NCBI GenBank assembly: GCA_963756235.1
Contig: CAVWNB010000004.1
Span: forward strand, 1,413,913-1,477,912
DNA: 64,000 bases
Origin: an uncultured Solirubrobacteraceae bacterium
GTDB taxonomy: Bacteria; Actinomycetota; Thermoleophilia; Solirubrobacterales; Solirubrobacteraceae
Direction of reading: 5' to 3'
The position numbers and the translations under genes are program-made. The notes below the pieces were generated by a model. The model worked only from the letters and a program-made list of their open reading frames with translations, had not been told where the DNA came from and made no database searches. Below are positions 54,380 through 64,000 of this stretch, one piece after another; within the stretch, counting starts at the first letter, position 1, and each line of letters starts with the position of its first letter.

Positions 54380-55395
54380 GCTCTCAACGCGAGGCCAGCG
54401 ACGAGTTCGACTGCTTCGGCTCCCGTTGCGGCGCCGTCGTGTCCGGCCCCGGGCAGGCCGGCTCGGCCGGGGACGCCGTGGCGCTGGTCAGGCGCGCACT
54501 GCTGGCGTGGCACCAGCGCTTCTCCCGCTTCCTGGCGGACAGCGAGCTCTCGCGGCTGAACGGCGACCCGCGAAGGACGGTGCCCGCGAGCCCGATGCTT
54601 GCGCGCTTCGCGCAGGCGGTGCGCGAAGCGGGAGCGATGAGCGGCGGTCTGGTCGACTCGACGCTGCTGCGCCAGGTCGAGGACGCGGGCTACGCCGGTG
54701 ACCTGCGCGACTCACTGGGCCTCGCCCGTGCGCTCGCGCTCGCCCCCGCGCGCAGGCCCGCCGCCGCCGCCCACGCCCGCCGCTGGCACGAGATCGAGGT
54801 GGACCTGGCGGCCGGCACGGTGACGCGCCCGCCGGGGCTCGCGCTGGACAGCGGCGGGCTCGCCAAGGGGCTGTTCGCGGACGTGCTGGGCGAGACGCTG
54901 GCGACGCATGAGAGCTTTGCGATCAACTGCGCCGGCGACCTGCTCGTGGGCGGCGCCGCCGGGGTCGCGCGCCCGGTCAGGGTGCAGAGCCCGTTCGACG
55001 AGCGCGTGCTGCACACGTTCGTGCTCACGCGCTCGGGGGTCGCGACGAGCGGCATCGGACGGCGCAGCTGGCTGGGTCGCGACGGGGTGCCCGCTCACCA
55101 CCTGCTCGATCCCGCCACGGGCCGGCCGGCGTTCACGGGCATCGTGCAGGTGACCGCCGTCGCGCGCACCGCGCTGGCGGCGGAGGTCAAGGCCAAGGCC
55201 GCGCTGCTCAGCGGTCCGCGCGCGGCGGCCGGCTGGCTTGGCGAGGGCGGCGTGATCGTGTTCGACGACGGCTCGCACCAGGTGATCGCGCCGCCGCCCG
55301 TGGTCACGCTGCGCGAGCTCTCGCCGCACCGGCGGGCGTCCGTGGCGGCTCAGGCGAGCGTGGCGGCAACCGATGTCGGTGCCGTGGCCGCGTAG
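54376..55395 (+). CDS. apbE: FAD:protein FMN transferase
   Basis: [39 protein letters not shown]. Confidence 0.9.
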   Translation: MSSQREASDEFDCFGSRCGAVVSGPGQAGSAGDAVALVRRALLAWHQRFSRFLADSELSRLNGDPRRTVPASPMLARFAQAVREAGAMSGGLVDSTLLRQVEDAGYAGDLRDSLGLARALALAPARRPAAAAHARRWHEIEVDLAAGTVTRPPGLALDSGGLAKGLFADVLGETLATHESFAINCAGDLLVGGAAGVARPVRVQSPFDERVLHTFVLTRSGVATSGIGRRSWLGRDGVPAHHLLDPATGRPAFTGIVQVTAVARTALAAEVKAKAALLSGPRAAAGWLGEGGVIVFDDGSHQVIAPPPVVTLRELSPHRRASVAAQASVAATDVGAVAA

Positions 55396-55439
55396 GCGGC
55401 GGGCTCGGGGAGGGTCGGCGGGTGCGATACTCGCCGACC

Positions 55440-55858
55440 ATGCGTGCGCTCGTGCAGAGGGTCAGCCGCGCCGGCGTGCGGGTGGACGGCAGCGATCGTC
55501 GCCGAGATCGGGCCGGGGCTGCTGGTGCTGCTGGGCGTCGCGCGCGACGACGGGGAGCTGAGGCGGAGCGCCTGGCCGCGAAGGTGCGCGCGCTGCGCGT
55601 GTTCGCGGACGCCGACGGCAACATGAACGAGGCGCTCGGCGAGCGCGAGATCCTGTGCGTGAGCCAGTTCACGCTGTACGGCGACGCGCGGCGCGGCAAC
55701 CGCCCGAGCTTCGTGGCGGCCGCCCCCTCCGAGCATCGCCGAGCCGCTGTACGAGCGCTTCTGCGAGCGCGCGGGCGCCAAGCGCGGCGTGTTCGGCGCG
55801 CACATGGCAGGTGGAGCTGGTCAACGACGGGCCGGTGACGCTGCTGCTCGAGACCTGA
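55440..55858 (+). pseudogene. dtd: D-aminoacyl-tRNA deacylase, frameshifted (likely sequence error)
   Basis: MRALVQRV / [12 protein letters not shown] / [15 protein letters not shown] / [10 protein letters not shown] spread over several frames. Confidence 0.8.
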
Positions 55859-55894
55859 CGCTCCGGCCGCGTCGCGCGCTCGCGCCCTCTCGCG

Positions 55895-56240
55895 CTACTC
55901 CCCTTCGCGCGCGGCCCAGCGCTCCGCCCACGCCTCGAGCGGCGCGTAGACGTCGAGCAGACGCCGGCCCTCGCCGGTGAGCGATAGCCGTCGGCGCCCA
56001 GCTCGACGACGCCCGGCGGCGCGCAGCTCGCGCAGCCGCTGGTTGAGCACGCTCGAGGACATGCCCTCGCAGCGCTCCTGCAGCGCGCGGAACGCGAGCG
56101 GCCCGCTCGCGCAGCTCCCAGATCACGCGCAGCGCCCAGCGCCGGCCGAGCAGGTCGAGCAGCGCCATGATCGGCCGCCCGCTGGCGCGAGCCGCGCGCG
56201 GGCTGCCCGGGCCGCGGCGCTCGCGCGACCGCGCGTCATC
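55895..56240 (-). pseudogene. HxlR-family winged-helix regulator, frameshifted
   Basis: GRPIMALLDLLGRRWALRVIWEL, then MSSSVLNQRLREL in another frame; ends approximate. Confidence 0.7.
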
Positions 56241-56336
56241 CGCGCCGAGGCGCTTCGGAAATCAGATGCGCATCCGATACGCATCCCCCTTCGCGCTGTG
56301 AAAATCGAAGCATGACCGATCGGAGTGTAACGACCG

Positions 56337-56952
56337 ATGCCCGACCAGACCCCCCGCATCGCGCCGCTTGAGCCGCCCTACGCGCCGGACATCGAGGCGC
56401 ATGCTCGCCAAGTGGATGCCGCCCGGCGAGCGACGCGTCGAGCCGCTGCGCGCTGTTCCGCACGCTGGTCGTCCACGAGCAGCTGACGAGCCGCATGCGC
56501 CCGCTCGGCGCCGGCATCCTCGGCGCGAGCGCGCACGGTGCCGCGCGCAGCTGCGCGAGGTGCATGATCCACCGCACGTGCGCGCTCACGGGCGCCGCAG
56601 TACGAGTGGGGCGTGCACGCGGTCGCGTTCGGCGCGCCGCTGGGCCTCAGCGAGGAGCAGCTGCACGCCACCGTCCACGGGCAGCTGGAGCGATCGATGC
56701 TGGGAGCGCCGAGCAGGCGACCGTGTTGCGCCTCGCCGACGAGCTGCACGAGACGAGCACGATCGGCGAGCGAGCTGTGGGAGGGCTTGACGCGCGCGCT
56801 TCGACGAGCAGCAGATCATCGAGCTGATCGTGACGGCGGGCTGGTACCACGTGATCGCCTACCTCTGCAACGGCTCGCGGGTCGAGCAGGAGGAGTGGGC
56901 GCGCTCGTTCCCGGCGGCGGGCGCCGACGAGCGGGCCGTGGCCACGAGCTGA
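56337..56952 (+). pseudogene. carboxymuconolactone decarboxylase family protein, frameshifted
   Basis: RIAPLEPPY, EPLRLFRTL, IHRTCA, YEWGVH, ADELHET, ELIVTAGWYH across frames. Confidence 0.7.
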
Positions 56953-59082
56953 TCAGGGCGCGGGCATGCTGCCGGCGACGCCTGCGCTGCCGACGGCGCC
57001 GACGAGCTGCGCCTGGCGCCCGCGCCGGCGGTCGTCCACGTCGCGGTGAAGCGAAGCGGCGCGCATGCCTGGCGCCTTGGCGGTCAGCGTGGCGAGCACC
57101 GTCTGCCCGTCTTCGGGGATCGGGCGCGGGCGCGAGCCTGACGGTGCCGCTGACGGCGACTTCGGGATCAGCTGATCGCGTTGCAGCTTCAGCAGCGAGC
57201 CGCCTCGCGCCGACGGTCACCGTGCCCGCCGTGCAGGCCGCGGTCGTGCTTGGCTTCGATCGCCGCGTAGCGCGCGATCGCATCGCCGGCGGTCGTCACC
57301 GCCGCCGCGGCGAGCTGCAGGTCGGCGCTCGGCGCGCCGCTCCCCGGCGCGGCCGCGAGCGGCGGCTTCTTCTGCGAGCTGCCGCGGGGTACACGCCGAC
57401 CGTGTGGATCGGCGAGACCGCGGGCGCGCAGGAGGCGTCGAGCGAGTCGAGCGCCTGCGGTTCGGCGACGAACTCCTGCACGAGCGTGGAGCCGCACGCG
57501 GTGTCGCCCTCGCCGACCACGTGCGTGGAGTTGGCCAGCTCGATGAAGCGCGCGTGGCCGCCGATCTCGGCAGGACCTTGGGCGACGTCGGCCGGCGGGC
57601 GTCCACGTGTCGAATTCGCCGCCGAGGACGAGCACAGGCAGCGAGCTGGGAAACAGCGGCAGCACGCCCGACGTCGGCGGCTGCGGCGACGGTCGGGGCT
57701 GGGCCAGTCGCAGGCACGCGGTGTACGCCTCGGTGTTCTGGTCCTGGGCGAGCCACTCGGCGGTGCTGAACGGGGCGAACGTCGCCGCGGGCAGCGCCGC
57801 CTCGGCGGCCGCCAGTTCGCTGCGCGCGCACGGCGGGGCTCGGCGCCCATGTCGAACAGCTGCGGGTAGTCGAGGCACGAGACGGCGAGGTACAGCTCGA
57901 CTGAGTATTCGCGCACGGGCAGCGCCGAAGTACGCCTCGTCGACGGCGAGCCGCTGCGCGTACAGGCGCAGCAGCGGCGCCGGATCGCGGGCGTCGAGCA
58001 GCGCGCGGGCGGCGGCGTCCAGCTCGCGGTAGATGTTGCGTGTCCTCGGCGGCGTCGCTGACGAGGTTGACGAGCCCCGACGACTTCCATGCTGACCGTT
58101 CTGCATCGCACCGCCGGGTCCCGGCACGACGCCTGAGATCGGGTGCGCGCGCAGGCTTTCGGCGAGCGCGACGATCCGCGGCCACGAGGGGCCGCCCGCG
58201 GCATTCGCGCAAGCGGGCGCGCGGCTCGCAGGCGGCGTCGAAGGCGGCGGGCATCGAGTCGATCGTGCTGCGGTACCACGGGTCGAGGTCGACCGTCTCA
58301 TACGTCGAGTCGAGCATCACGCTGCGCACCAGCTGCGGGAAGCGCGACGGCGAACACCTGCGCGAAGAACGAGCCGTAGGAGTCGCCATACAGGTCGACC
58401 TTGCCGAGCGCCGAGCGCGCGCGATCACCGCCGCCAGGTCCTCGGCGGCGGGCGCCGAGTTGAACAGGTCGGAGGCGTGCACCCAGCTGCCGTCGGCGTA
58501 GCGCCAGCGATGGTTCAGCGCGGCGGCGCAGCCTGCCGCGGCCTGCTGGAAGGCTTCGCCGCCGGTGGGCCCGGAGAAGTCCTGCAGGGCGGGGCAGCGC
58601 AGCGGCGTGCGAGAGCCCCGTGCCGCGGTTGTCGACGGCGAGCATGTTCCAGCGCTCGCAGCAGCGCTCCCGTACATCGCGCTATAGCCGGCCTGCGCAC
58701 CGGCCGACTGGTAGGAGACCGAGCCGATCGACGGATAGCCCGGCCCGCCCTCGACCGGCACGACCGTGCCCGACGCCTGCCCGCCGGGCGGCGCGGTGGC
58801 CGGGTACCAGCGGTAGGCGATCGAGATCTGCGGGCCGCTCGGCGTGCCGCGGTCGAGCGGCACGGGCAGCGTGCCGCAGTAGGCGAGCGGCGCGTTCTGG
58901 CACAGCGTCAGCGTCTGCGTGCCCAGATGCAGCTTGATGGCCGGCTGCGCCTGCGCGGCCGCGGTCGTCGCCGCGCAGGCGCACGACAGCGCGAGAGCCA
59001 GTGCGCACAGCAACACGATGCGCGGCGAGCGCGCGGCCTCGCCCGCGGCCCGACACCCCGCCCTCCTGGCTCCCCCGGTCAT
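56950..59082 (-). pseudogene. secreted alpha/beta hydrolase (TAP-like peptidase), frameshifted
   Basis: CGTLPVPLD, EGGPG, VDNRGTG, LYGDSYGS, VLGGEFD, STHVV in several frames; 3' end approximate. Confidence 0.7.
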
Positions 59083-59122
59083 CCCAACCTCTCTCCGCCG
59101 CTGAGGAGGAGAAGCTTTGCAG

Positions 59123-59587
59123 ATGCTCCAGCCCGGCACTGCAGCTACCCGCCACGATCGGCTCCTGCCGTGGATCGCAGCCGAGCGCGCCTTCCGCGCG
59201 GTCGTGCTGCTCGCCGTGGGGATCGTGCTCGTGACGCACCCGCACGCCAACTGGGCCAGCGACATCGCGCATTTCGCGCAGCACCTGGGACTCGATCCGA
59301 AAGACAACTGGGTCCAGCGGATCATCGACGACGTCAGCAAGATCCACGCCAACCAGGATCTGATCTTCGGCTCGGCGGCGATCGGCTACGGGGTGCTGGA
59401 GGGCGTCGAGGCCTACGGCCTGTTCACGCACCGCCGCTGGGGCGAGTGGCTGACGGTGGTGGCGACCTCGCTGCTGTTCATCCCGGAGATCTGGGAGCTG
59501 ACCAAAAGCGCCACCTTCCTGAAGGTCGGCGCGGTGATCGTCAACGTGCTGATCGTGCTCTACCTGCTGCGGCGGCTGCGGCGCTGA
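59123..59587 (+). CDS. DUF2127 membrane protein
   Basis: IAAERAFR, YGVLEGVEAYGL...WGEWLTVVATSLLFIPEIWEL. Confidence 0.85.
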   Translation: MLQPGTAATRHDRLLPWIAAERAFRAVVLLAVGIVLVTHPHANWASDIAHFAQHLGLDPKDNWVQRIIDDVSKIHANQDLIFGSAAIGYGVLEGVEAYGLFTHRRWGEWLTVVATSLLFIPEIWELTKSATFLKVGAVIVNVLIVLYLLRRLRR

Positions 59588-59588
59588 G

Positions 59589-59870
59589 TCACGCCTCGAC
59601 GGTCACGCCCTTCCAGAAGGCGAAGCGGTCCTTGATCTCGGCCGCGGCGTCCTTCGGCTCGGGGTAGTACCAGGCCGCGTCGGGGTTCACCTGCCCGTCG
59701 ACCTCGATCGTCTTGTAGCTCGCCGTGCCCTTCCACGGGCAGATCGAGTGCGTGTCGCTGTCGGTGAAGTACTGCGCGTCGATGCTGTCGGCGGGGAAGT
59801 AGTGGTTGTTCTCCACCACCACCGTGTCGTCGCTCTCGGCCAGTGTCGCGCCGTTCCAAGTGGCCTTCAT
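59589..59870 (-). CDS. DUF427 domain protein
   Basis: LAESDDTVVVENNHYFP, CPWKGTASY, AAWYYPEP. Confidence 0.9.
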   Translation of the reverse strand: MKATWNGATLAESDDTVVVENNHYFPADSIDAQYFTDSDTHSICPWKGTASYKTIEVDGQVNPDAAWYYPEPKDAAAEIKDRFAFWKGVTVEA

Positions 59871-59965
59871 GCTCGCTCCTTATCGCCGTTGGCTGGTGGA
59901 CACAGGGTAGATATGTCGCCAGCCCATCCAAGGAGTGCGTCTGCACCGGCCCCGATAATGACGTT

Positions 59966-60097
59966 ATGAGGCTGTGGCACAGGCACGTCTGGGGCGAGTG
60001 GGAGCGCGCCTGGGGCAAAGTCAGCAGCGCCAAAGGCTATGTCCTCGAGCGCAAATGCACCGTCTGCGGTAAGACCCAGACGCAGTTCATCCGCTGA
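59966..60097 (+). CDS. 43 aa Zn-ribbon-like peptide
   Basis: HRHVWGEW...ERKCTVCGK; GATAAT just upstream suggests a near-leaderless transcript. Confidence 0.5.
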   Translation: MRLWHRHVWGEWERAWGKVSSAKGYVLERKCTVCGKTQTQFIR

Positions 60098-60129
60098 GCA
60101 CATCCGAGTAATCGCTCAGAGCATCGCCC

Positions 60130-61212
60130 TCACCCCGGCGAGTGCCCATGCCGTGCGGCGAGATTCAGCCCTCCGTGCTCGATGCCGGGGCCGGCGGCGC
60201 GCAATGCGGGCACGATCTCACTCGTGACGAGCCCCGTCTCGGCGGTCATCTCATCGACGATCTCGAACCAGCGCTTCATGTTCGCGGGCGTGTCCAGCAG
60301 GAGCGTCAGCACGGGGACGTGGCGGCGGATCGACCAGAACGCTTCGCCATGCGGTCGATGGCCGCCGTGGTAGCCCCACTGCCCGCGCAGCGCCGTCGCC
60401 CCCGCGGCGCCCTCCCCGCGCAGGCGGCGGACCAGCGCGCTGTGCACGGGCTGCCCGTCGTGGCGGCTCTGCTCGCTGGTGTACACGACGAGCTTCTGCC
60501 AGTAGGCGAGCCCGGCGGCGTCTTCGGCGAGCGGCCTCAGCGGCTCCGCCAGCAGCGCGCCGTCGCGCTTGCACACGCGCACTCGCTCCAGCGTGATCGC
60601 GGGGTCGCTCAGCATGCCCTGGATCTCGGCGAGTGCGCGCATGATGCTCTCCCCCTCGCCCACGCTCTGGATCATCAGCGGCACGTCCGCGTTGCGGGCG
60701 AAGAACCGTGCACGACGGCGCGCGCCCTGCTGCGTGCCGTCGAGGCCGAGCAGCACGCTCGCGCCGGCCACACCGTGGCGGTGCAGGCAGTCGACGACCT
60801 CCAGGTACGCGGCGCGCCCGCCCACCCGCTCCTGGCGGCCGATGTACACGGTGAGCTTGACCGCATCCGACCCCGGCGCGAGCGCCTCGCCGTCGGCGCC
60901 GCTCAGCAGGCGCGCGCGCTCCAGCGTGATCGTCCCGTGGCGGCTGAGCGCGCGCACCCCGTCGAGCAGCGGCTCGATGCGCGCCTCGGTGTCCAGCGCG
61001 ATCGCCAGCAGCGGCAGGTCTTCTGAGAGCGTCAGCAGGCGCTCGGTCTGCAGCCGGTGCTTGATGCCGAAGCCCTCGATCCCGCGCAGCAGCACGCTCG
61101 TCCTCACCTTGTGGCGCTCGAACAGATCCATCAGCGCGTCCGCCAGCAGGCGATCGTCGGCGCGGTCGCGCTCGCCGATGTACGCGGTCAGCCGCAGCCC
61201 ATCCTCGACCAT
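60130..61212 (-). CDS. triple DUF190 (PII-like) domain protein
   Basis: Three repeats of LT.Y..E ... G..G ... LP. Confidence 0.85.
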   Translation of the reverse strand: MVEDGLRLTAYIGERDRADDRLLADALMDLFERHKVRTSVLLRGIEGFGIKHRLQTERLLTLSEDLPLLAIALDTEARIEPLLDGVRALSRHGTITLERARLLSGADGEALAPGSDAVKLTVYIGRQERVGGRAAYLEVVDCLHRHGVAGASVLLGLDGTQQGARRRARFFARNADVPLMIQSVGEGESIMRALAEIQGMLSDPAITLERVRVCKRDGALLAEPLRPLAEDAAGLAYWQKLVVYTSEQSRHDGQPVHSALVRRLRGEGAAGATALRGQWGYHGGHRPHGEAFWSIRRHVPVLTLLLDTPANMKRWFEIVDEMTAETGLVTSEIVPALRAAGPGIEHGGLNLAARHGHSPG

Positions 61213-61577
61213 CAGCCGCCCCCCAGCAGCCGGCCGAGCGCCGCCGCGCCCACGCCCAGCGCGAGGCTCAGGGCGATGTTCGCCCACAGCAGCCAGCGCT
61301 GCCCGTCCTCGGCGAGACGGTGGGACTCGAGCATCCACGTCGAGAACGTCGTGTAGGAGCCGATCACGGCGGTCCCCGCCAGCAGGTAGGCGTCGCCGCT
61401 CAGCGCCAGCCCCACCAGCAGGCCGAGCACGAGCGCGCCCGAGAGGTTGACCAGCAGCGTGCCGAGCGGGAAGCGCGCGCCGGTGTTGACCGACACGAAC
61501 GCGTCCAGCAGGAACCGCGCGAGCGCACCCAGGCCTCCGAGCACGCCCACCCCCAGCCACAGCGCCACGAAGCTCAT
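61212..61577 (-). CDS. crcB: fluoride efflux channel FluC
   Basis: GGLGALAR, FPLGTLLVNLSG, GSYTTFST. Confidence 0.92.
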   Translation of the reverse strand: MSFVALWLGVGVLGGLGALARFLLDAFVSVNTGARFPLGTLLVNLSGALVLGLLVGLALSGDAYLLAGTAVIGSYTTFSTWMLESHRLAEDGQRWLLWANIALSLALGVGAAALGRLLGGG

Positions 61578-61969
61578 CGCACGGGCCTTGCGCGCCTGAC
61601 CAGCTTGGTGGCGAGGAACACCGCCGCGAGGCCGCCGGCGAGCGTCGCGGCGACGTAGGCGACCGCCAGCGCCACGTGCGCGCCTTCGAGCATTCGCGTC
61701 AGCTCGACCATCACCGTGGAGAACGTCGTCAGCGCGCCGCAGATGCCCGTGCCCAGAAACGCGCGACGGTAAAGCGACGGCGGCAGGCGCTCCTGCAGGC
61801 GCGTGACGAAGTAGCCGAGCAGCGCCGCGCCGAGCATGTTGACGATGAACGTCGCCCACGGCCACTGCCCGGGATGAGTGGTCCAGCCCTGCGCGAGCGC
61901 CGCGCGCGCGATCGCGCCGACGAACCCGCCCGCGAAGATCGCGGCCAGCTCTTGGCGGTCGAGCCTCAT
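61574..61969 (-). CDS. crcB: fluoride efflux channel FluC (second subunit)
   Basis: GGFVGAIAR, WPWATFIVN, GICGALTTFST. Confidence 0.92.
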   Translation of the reverse strand: MRLDRQELAAIFAGGFVGAIARAALAQGWTTHPGQWPWATFIVNMLGAALLGYFVTRLQERLPPSLYRRAFLGTGICGALTTFSTVMVELTRMLEGAHVALAVAYVAATLAGGLAAVFLATKLVRRARPVR

Positions 61970-62015
61970 CGCTGCGGCCGGACCATATCGGCCGGACCTG
62001 CTAGACCCCCGCCTG

Positions 62016-63074
62016 ATGGGTGCACCGGAGAATGTCCCCCTCCGATCGCGCGGGATCCTGCTCCGGCGCGCAGGCGTCGTGCTCTTGGTGATCGCGCTCG
62101 CGGGGCTGGTCGTGTTCGCGCTCTCGCGCCTTGAACTCAGTCGCGTCGGCCATGCGCTGGTGACCGCCTCACCCGGATGGATCGCGCTGTCGCTCGCGCT
62201 GATGTCGCTGGCGATGGCGATGCGCTCGGTCTCCTGGCATCAGGTGCTGCGCGCGGCGCTGCCCGACACGCCGATGCCGTGGGGCGCGGTCGTGCGCGCG
62301 ACGATGATCGGCGTGATGGGCTCGGCGCTCGTGCCCGGCAGGATCGGCGAGCCCACGCGCGTGCTCGTGCTCTCGCGCCGGCTCGAGGGGCGCACGCGAC
62401 ACCTGCTGCCGGTGGTGGCCGGCACCGTGTTCTCGCAGACGCTCATCAACCTGGTGGCGCTCGCGATCCTGCTGGCCGTGAGCTTCACGAGTGTGCCGTT
62501 GCCGAGCGGCCACCTGGCGGCGATCGCTATCGCGCTCGCGCTGCCGCTGGCGGTGGCCGCGCTCGTCGTCGCCGGCCCGAGGCTGCTGGCGCTCGCGCGG
62601 CGCTCGCGCTGGCCGCGCGCCGCGCGCGCGGCGGAGACCGTCAGCCGCATGCTGCAGCTCGCCCGCCAGGGCCTCGTCGTGTTCGCGAGCCCGCGCTACG
62701 GGTCGACCGCCGTCGCCTTCCAGCTGCTCGCGTGGGCGCTGCAGTGGGTGGCCTGCTACATGGTGATGCTCGCGCTCGGGCTCCAGTCCGATGGCGGCGC
62801 CGTCGCCGCCGCCGCGATCCTGCTGGCGATCAACCTCAGCGCAGTGCTGCCCGCGACGCCGTCGAACGTCGGCGTCTTCCAGGCCGCCTGCCTGGTGGTG
62901 CTCGCCGCCTACGGCGTCGGCGCGGGACAGGCGCTCGCCTACGGCATCATCCTGCAGGCCGTCGAGGTCGTGACCGCACTCGCGCTGGGAGTGCCGGCGC
63001 TCTTCAGGGAGGGCCTGTCCTGGCGCGACATCCGCCGCAGCGAGGTCGAGGCGGAGTCCGAGCTCCTGTACTAA
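62016..63074 (+). CDS. lysylphosphatidylglycerol synthase TM-domain (flippase-like) protein
   Basis: LVPGRIGEPTR, PATPSNVGVFQ. Confidence 0.85.
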   Translation: MGAPENVPLRSRGILLRRAGVVLLVIALAGLVVFALSRLELSRVGHALVTASPGWIALSLALMSLAMAMRSVSWHQVLRAALPDTPMPWGAVVRATMIGVMGSALVPGRIGEPTRVLVLSRRLEGRTRHLLPVVAGTVFSQTLINLVALAILLAVSFTSVPLPSGHLAAIAIALALPLAVAALVVAGPRLLALARRSRWPRAARAAETVSRMLQLARQGLVVFASPRYGSTAVAFQLLAWALQWVACYMVMLALGLQSDGGAVAAAAILLAINLSAVLPATPSNVGVFQAACLVVLAAYGVGAGQALAYGIILQAVEVVTALALGVPALFREGLSWRDIRRSEVEAESELLY

Positions 63075-64000
63075 CCGGCGAACGCGCGCAGCGACTGGCG
63101 CAGCGAGCTCGTCGTCTGCAGCACCGCCGTCGGCTCGTAGCCGCAGTGGGCCATGCAGTTTTCGCAGCGCGGGTCCTTGCCGCGCCCGTACCGACTCCAG
63201 TCGGTCGTCTCGATCAGCTCTTTGTACGTCTTCGTGTAGCCGTCGGACATCAGGTAGCACGGGCGCTGCCAGCCGAACAGCGAGTAGCTGGGGATGCCCC
63301 ACGCCGTGCAGTCGAATTCGGCCTTGCCCTCGAGGAAGTCGAGAAACAGCGGGCTGTGGTTCAGCCGCCACTTCTTGCGCCGCCCGTCCGCGAACGCCTC
63401 ACTGAACAGCTTGCGCGTCTGCGACACGCCGAGGAAGTGCTCCTGGTCGGGTGCTTTCTCATACGCGTACGCCGGCGAGATCATCATCTCGTCGACTTCG
63501 AGATCGTCGTTGAGGAAGTCCAGCACCTCGCGCACCGTCTTCGGCGAGTCGTGCGTGAAGAAGGTCGTGTTGGTCGTCACGCGAAAGCCCGCCGCCTTCG
63601 CCGCCTTGATCGCCGCGACCGCCTTGTCGAACACGCCCTCGCGCTCCACCGACGCGTCGTGGCGCTCGCGCAGCCCGTCCATGTGGACCGCCCACGAGAA
63701 GTACGGGCTCGGCTTGAAGTTCTCGAGCTTGCGCTCCAGCAGCAGCGCGTTCGTGCACAGGTACACGAACTTCTTTTTCTTGATCAGTTCCGCCGCGATC
63801 ACGTGGATCTCCGGATGGATCAGCGGCTCGCCGCCAGCGATCGAGACCATCGGCGCGCCGCTCTCCTCGATCGCGCCGATCGCCTGCTCCACGGGCATCC
63901 GCCGGCGCAGCTCGTGCTCGGGGTGCTGGATCTTGCCGCAGCCCGAACACGCGAGGTTGCACTGGAACAGCGGCTCCAGCTCCACGATCAGCGGGAACTT
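63071..64000 (-). CDS. hpnH: adenosyl-hopene transferase, radical SAM (5' end beyond window)
   Basis: LEPLFQCNLACSGCGKIQHP, SIAGGEP, CTAWG.P...GWQRPCYL, CENCMAHCGYE. Confidence 0.92.
   Translation of the reverse strand, partial: KFPLIVELEPLFQCNLACSGCGKIQHPEHELRRRMPVEQAIGAIEESGAPMVSIAGGEPLIHPEIHVIAAELIKKKKFVYLCTNALLLERKLENFKPSPYFSWAVHMDGLRERHDASVEREGVFDKAVAAIKAAKAAGFRVTTNTTFFTHDSPKTVREVLDFLNDDLEVDEMMISPAYAYEKAPDQEHFLGVSQTRKLFSEAFADGRRKKWRLNHSPLFLDFLEGKAEFDCTAWGIPSYSLFGWQRPCYLMSDGYTKTYKELIETTDWSRYGRGKDPRCENCMAHCGYEPTAVLQTTSSLRQSLRAFAG

Noticed and set aside
61970-62040. Fluoride riboswitch upstream of crcB
   Set aside because: No GGCGATGG...CTGATG motif is visible on the minus strand.

Overview
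High-GC actinobacterial DNA. The gene content suggests Thermoleophilia/Solirubrobacterales, which is my inference. The left 38 kb is a stack of mobile DNA integrated at a tRNA(CAT) gene. Three copies of the tRNA 3' half (att sites) lie at 31912, 36976 and 38241, and two paralogous tyrosine integrases sit beside the first two. The largest element runs from beyond or near the left edge to 31952. It encodes a MOBF relaxase-helicase but no visible T4SS, plus an unusual regulatory block: duplicated XRE genes with palindromic operators, two pseudo-receiver OmpR proteins and an alphaCTD-sigma4-AraC fusion. It also has a ~14 kb region organised like a conjugative leading region. There almost every gene points toward the presumed oriT and follows one of two families of conserved hairpin elements that resemble ssDNA promoters. 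Its genes include a DpdA/TGT-like protein, a PAPS-reductase-like protein, a SLOG protein, DUF4326, DUF6927-like, ParB-like and DUF932 proteins, its own tRNA(CAT) and a pseudo-NTase/NTase pair. The smaller islands and their flank carry AbiE, HEPN-MNT and BrnT-like toxin-antitoxin pairs. The right 25 kb is mostly chromosomal: EamA, a GAF kinase, GGDEF, a PadR/ABC/terpene-cyclase cluster, a candidate sRNA, GH114, an ApbE flavinylation cluster, a frameshift-rich patch, crcB x2 and hpnH. All family calls come from motif recognition by eye; no database searches were run.
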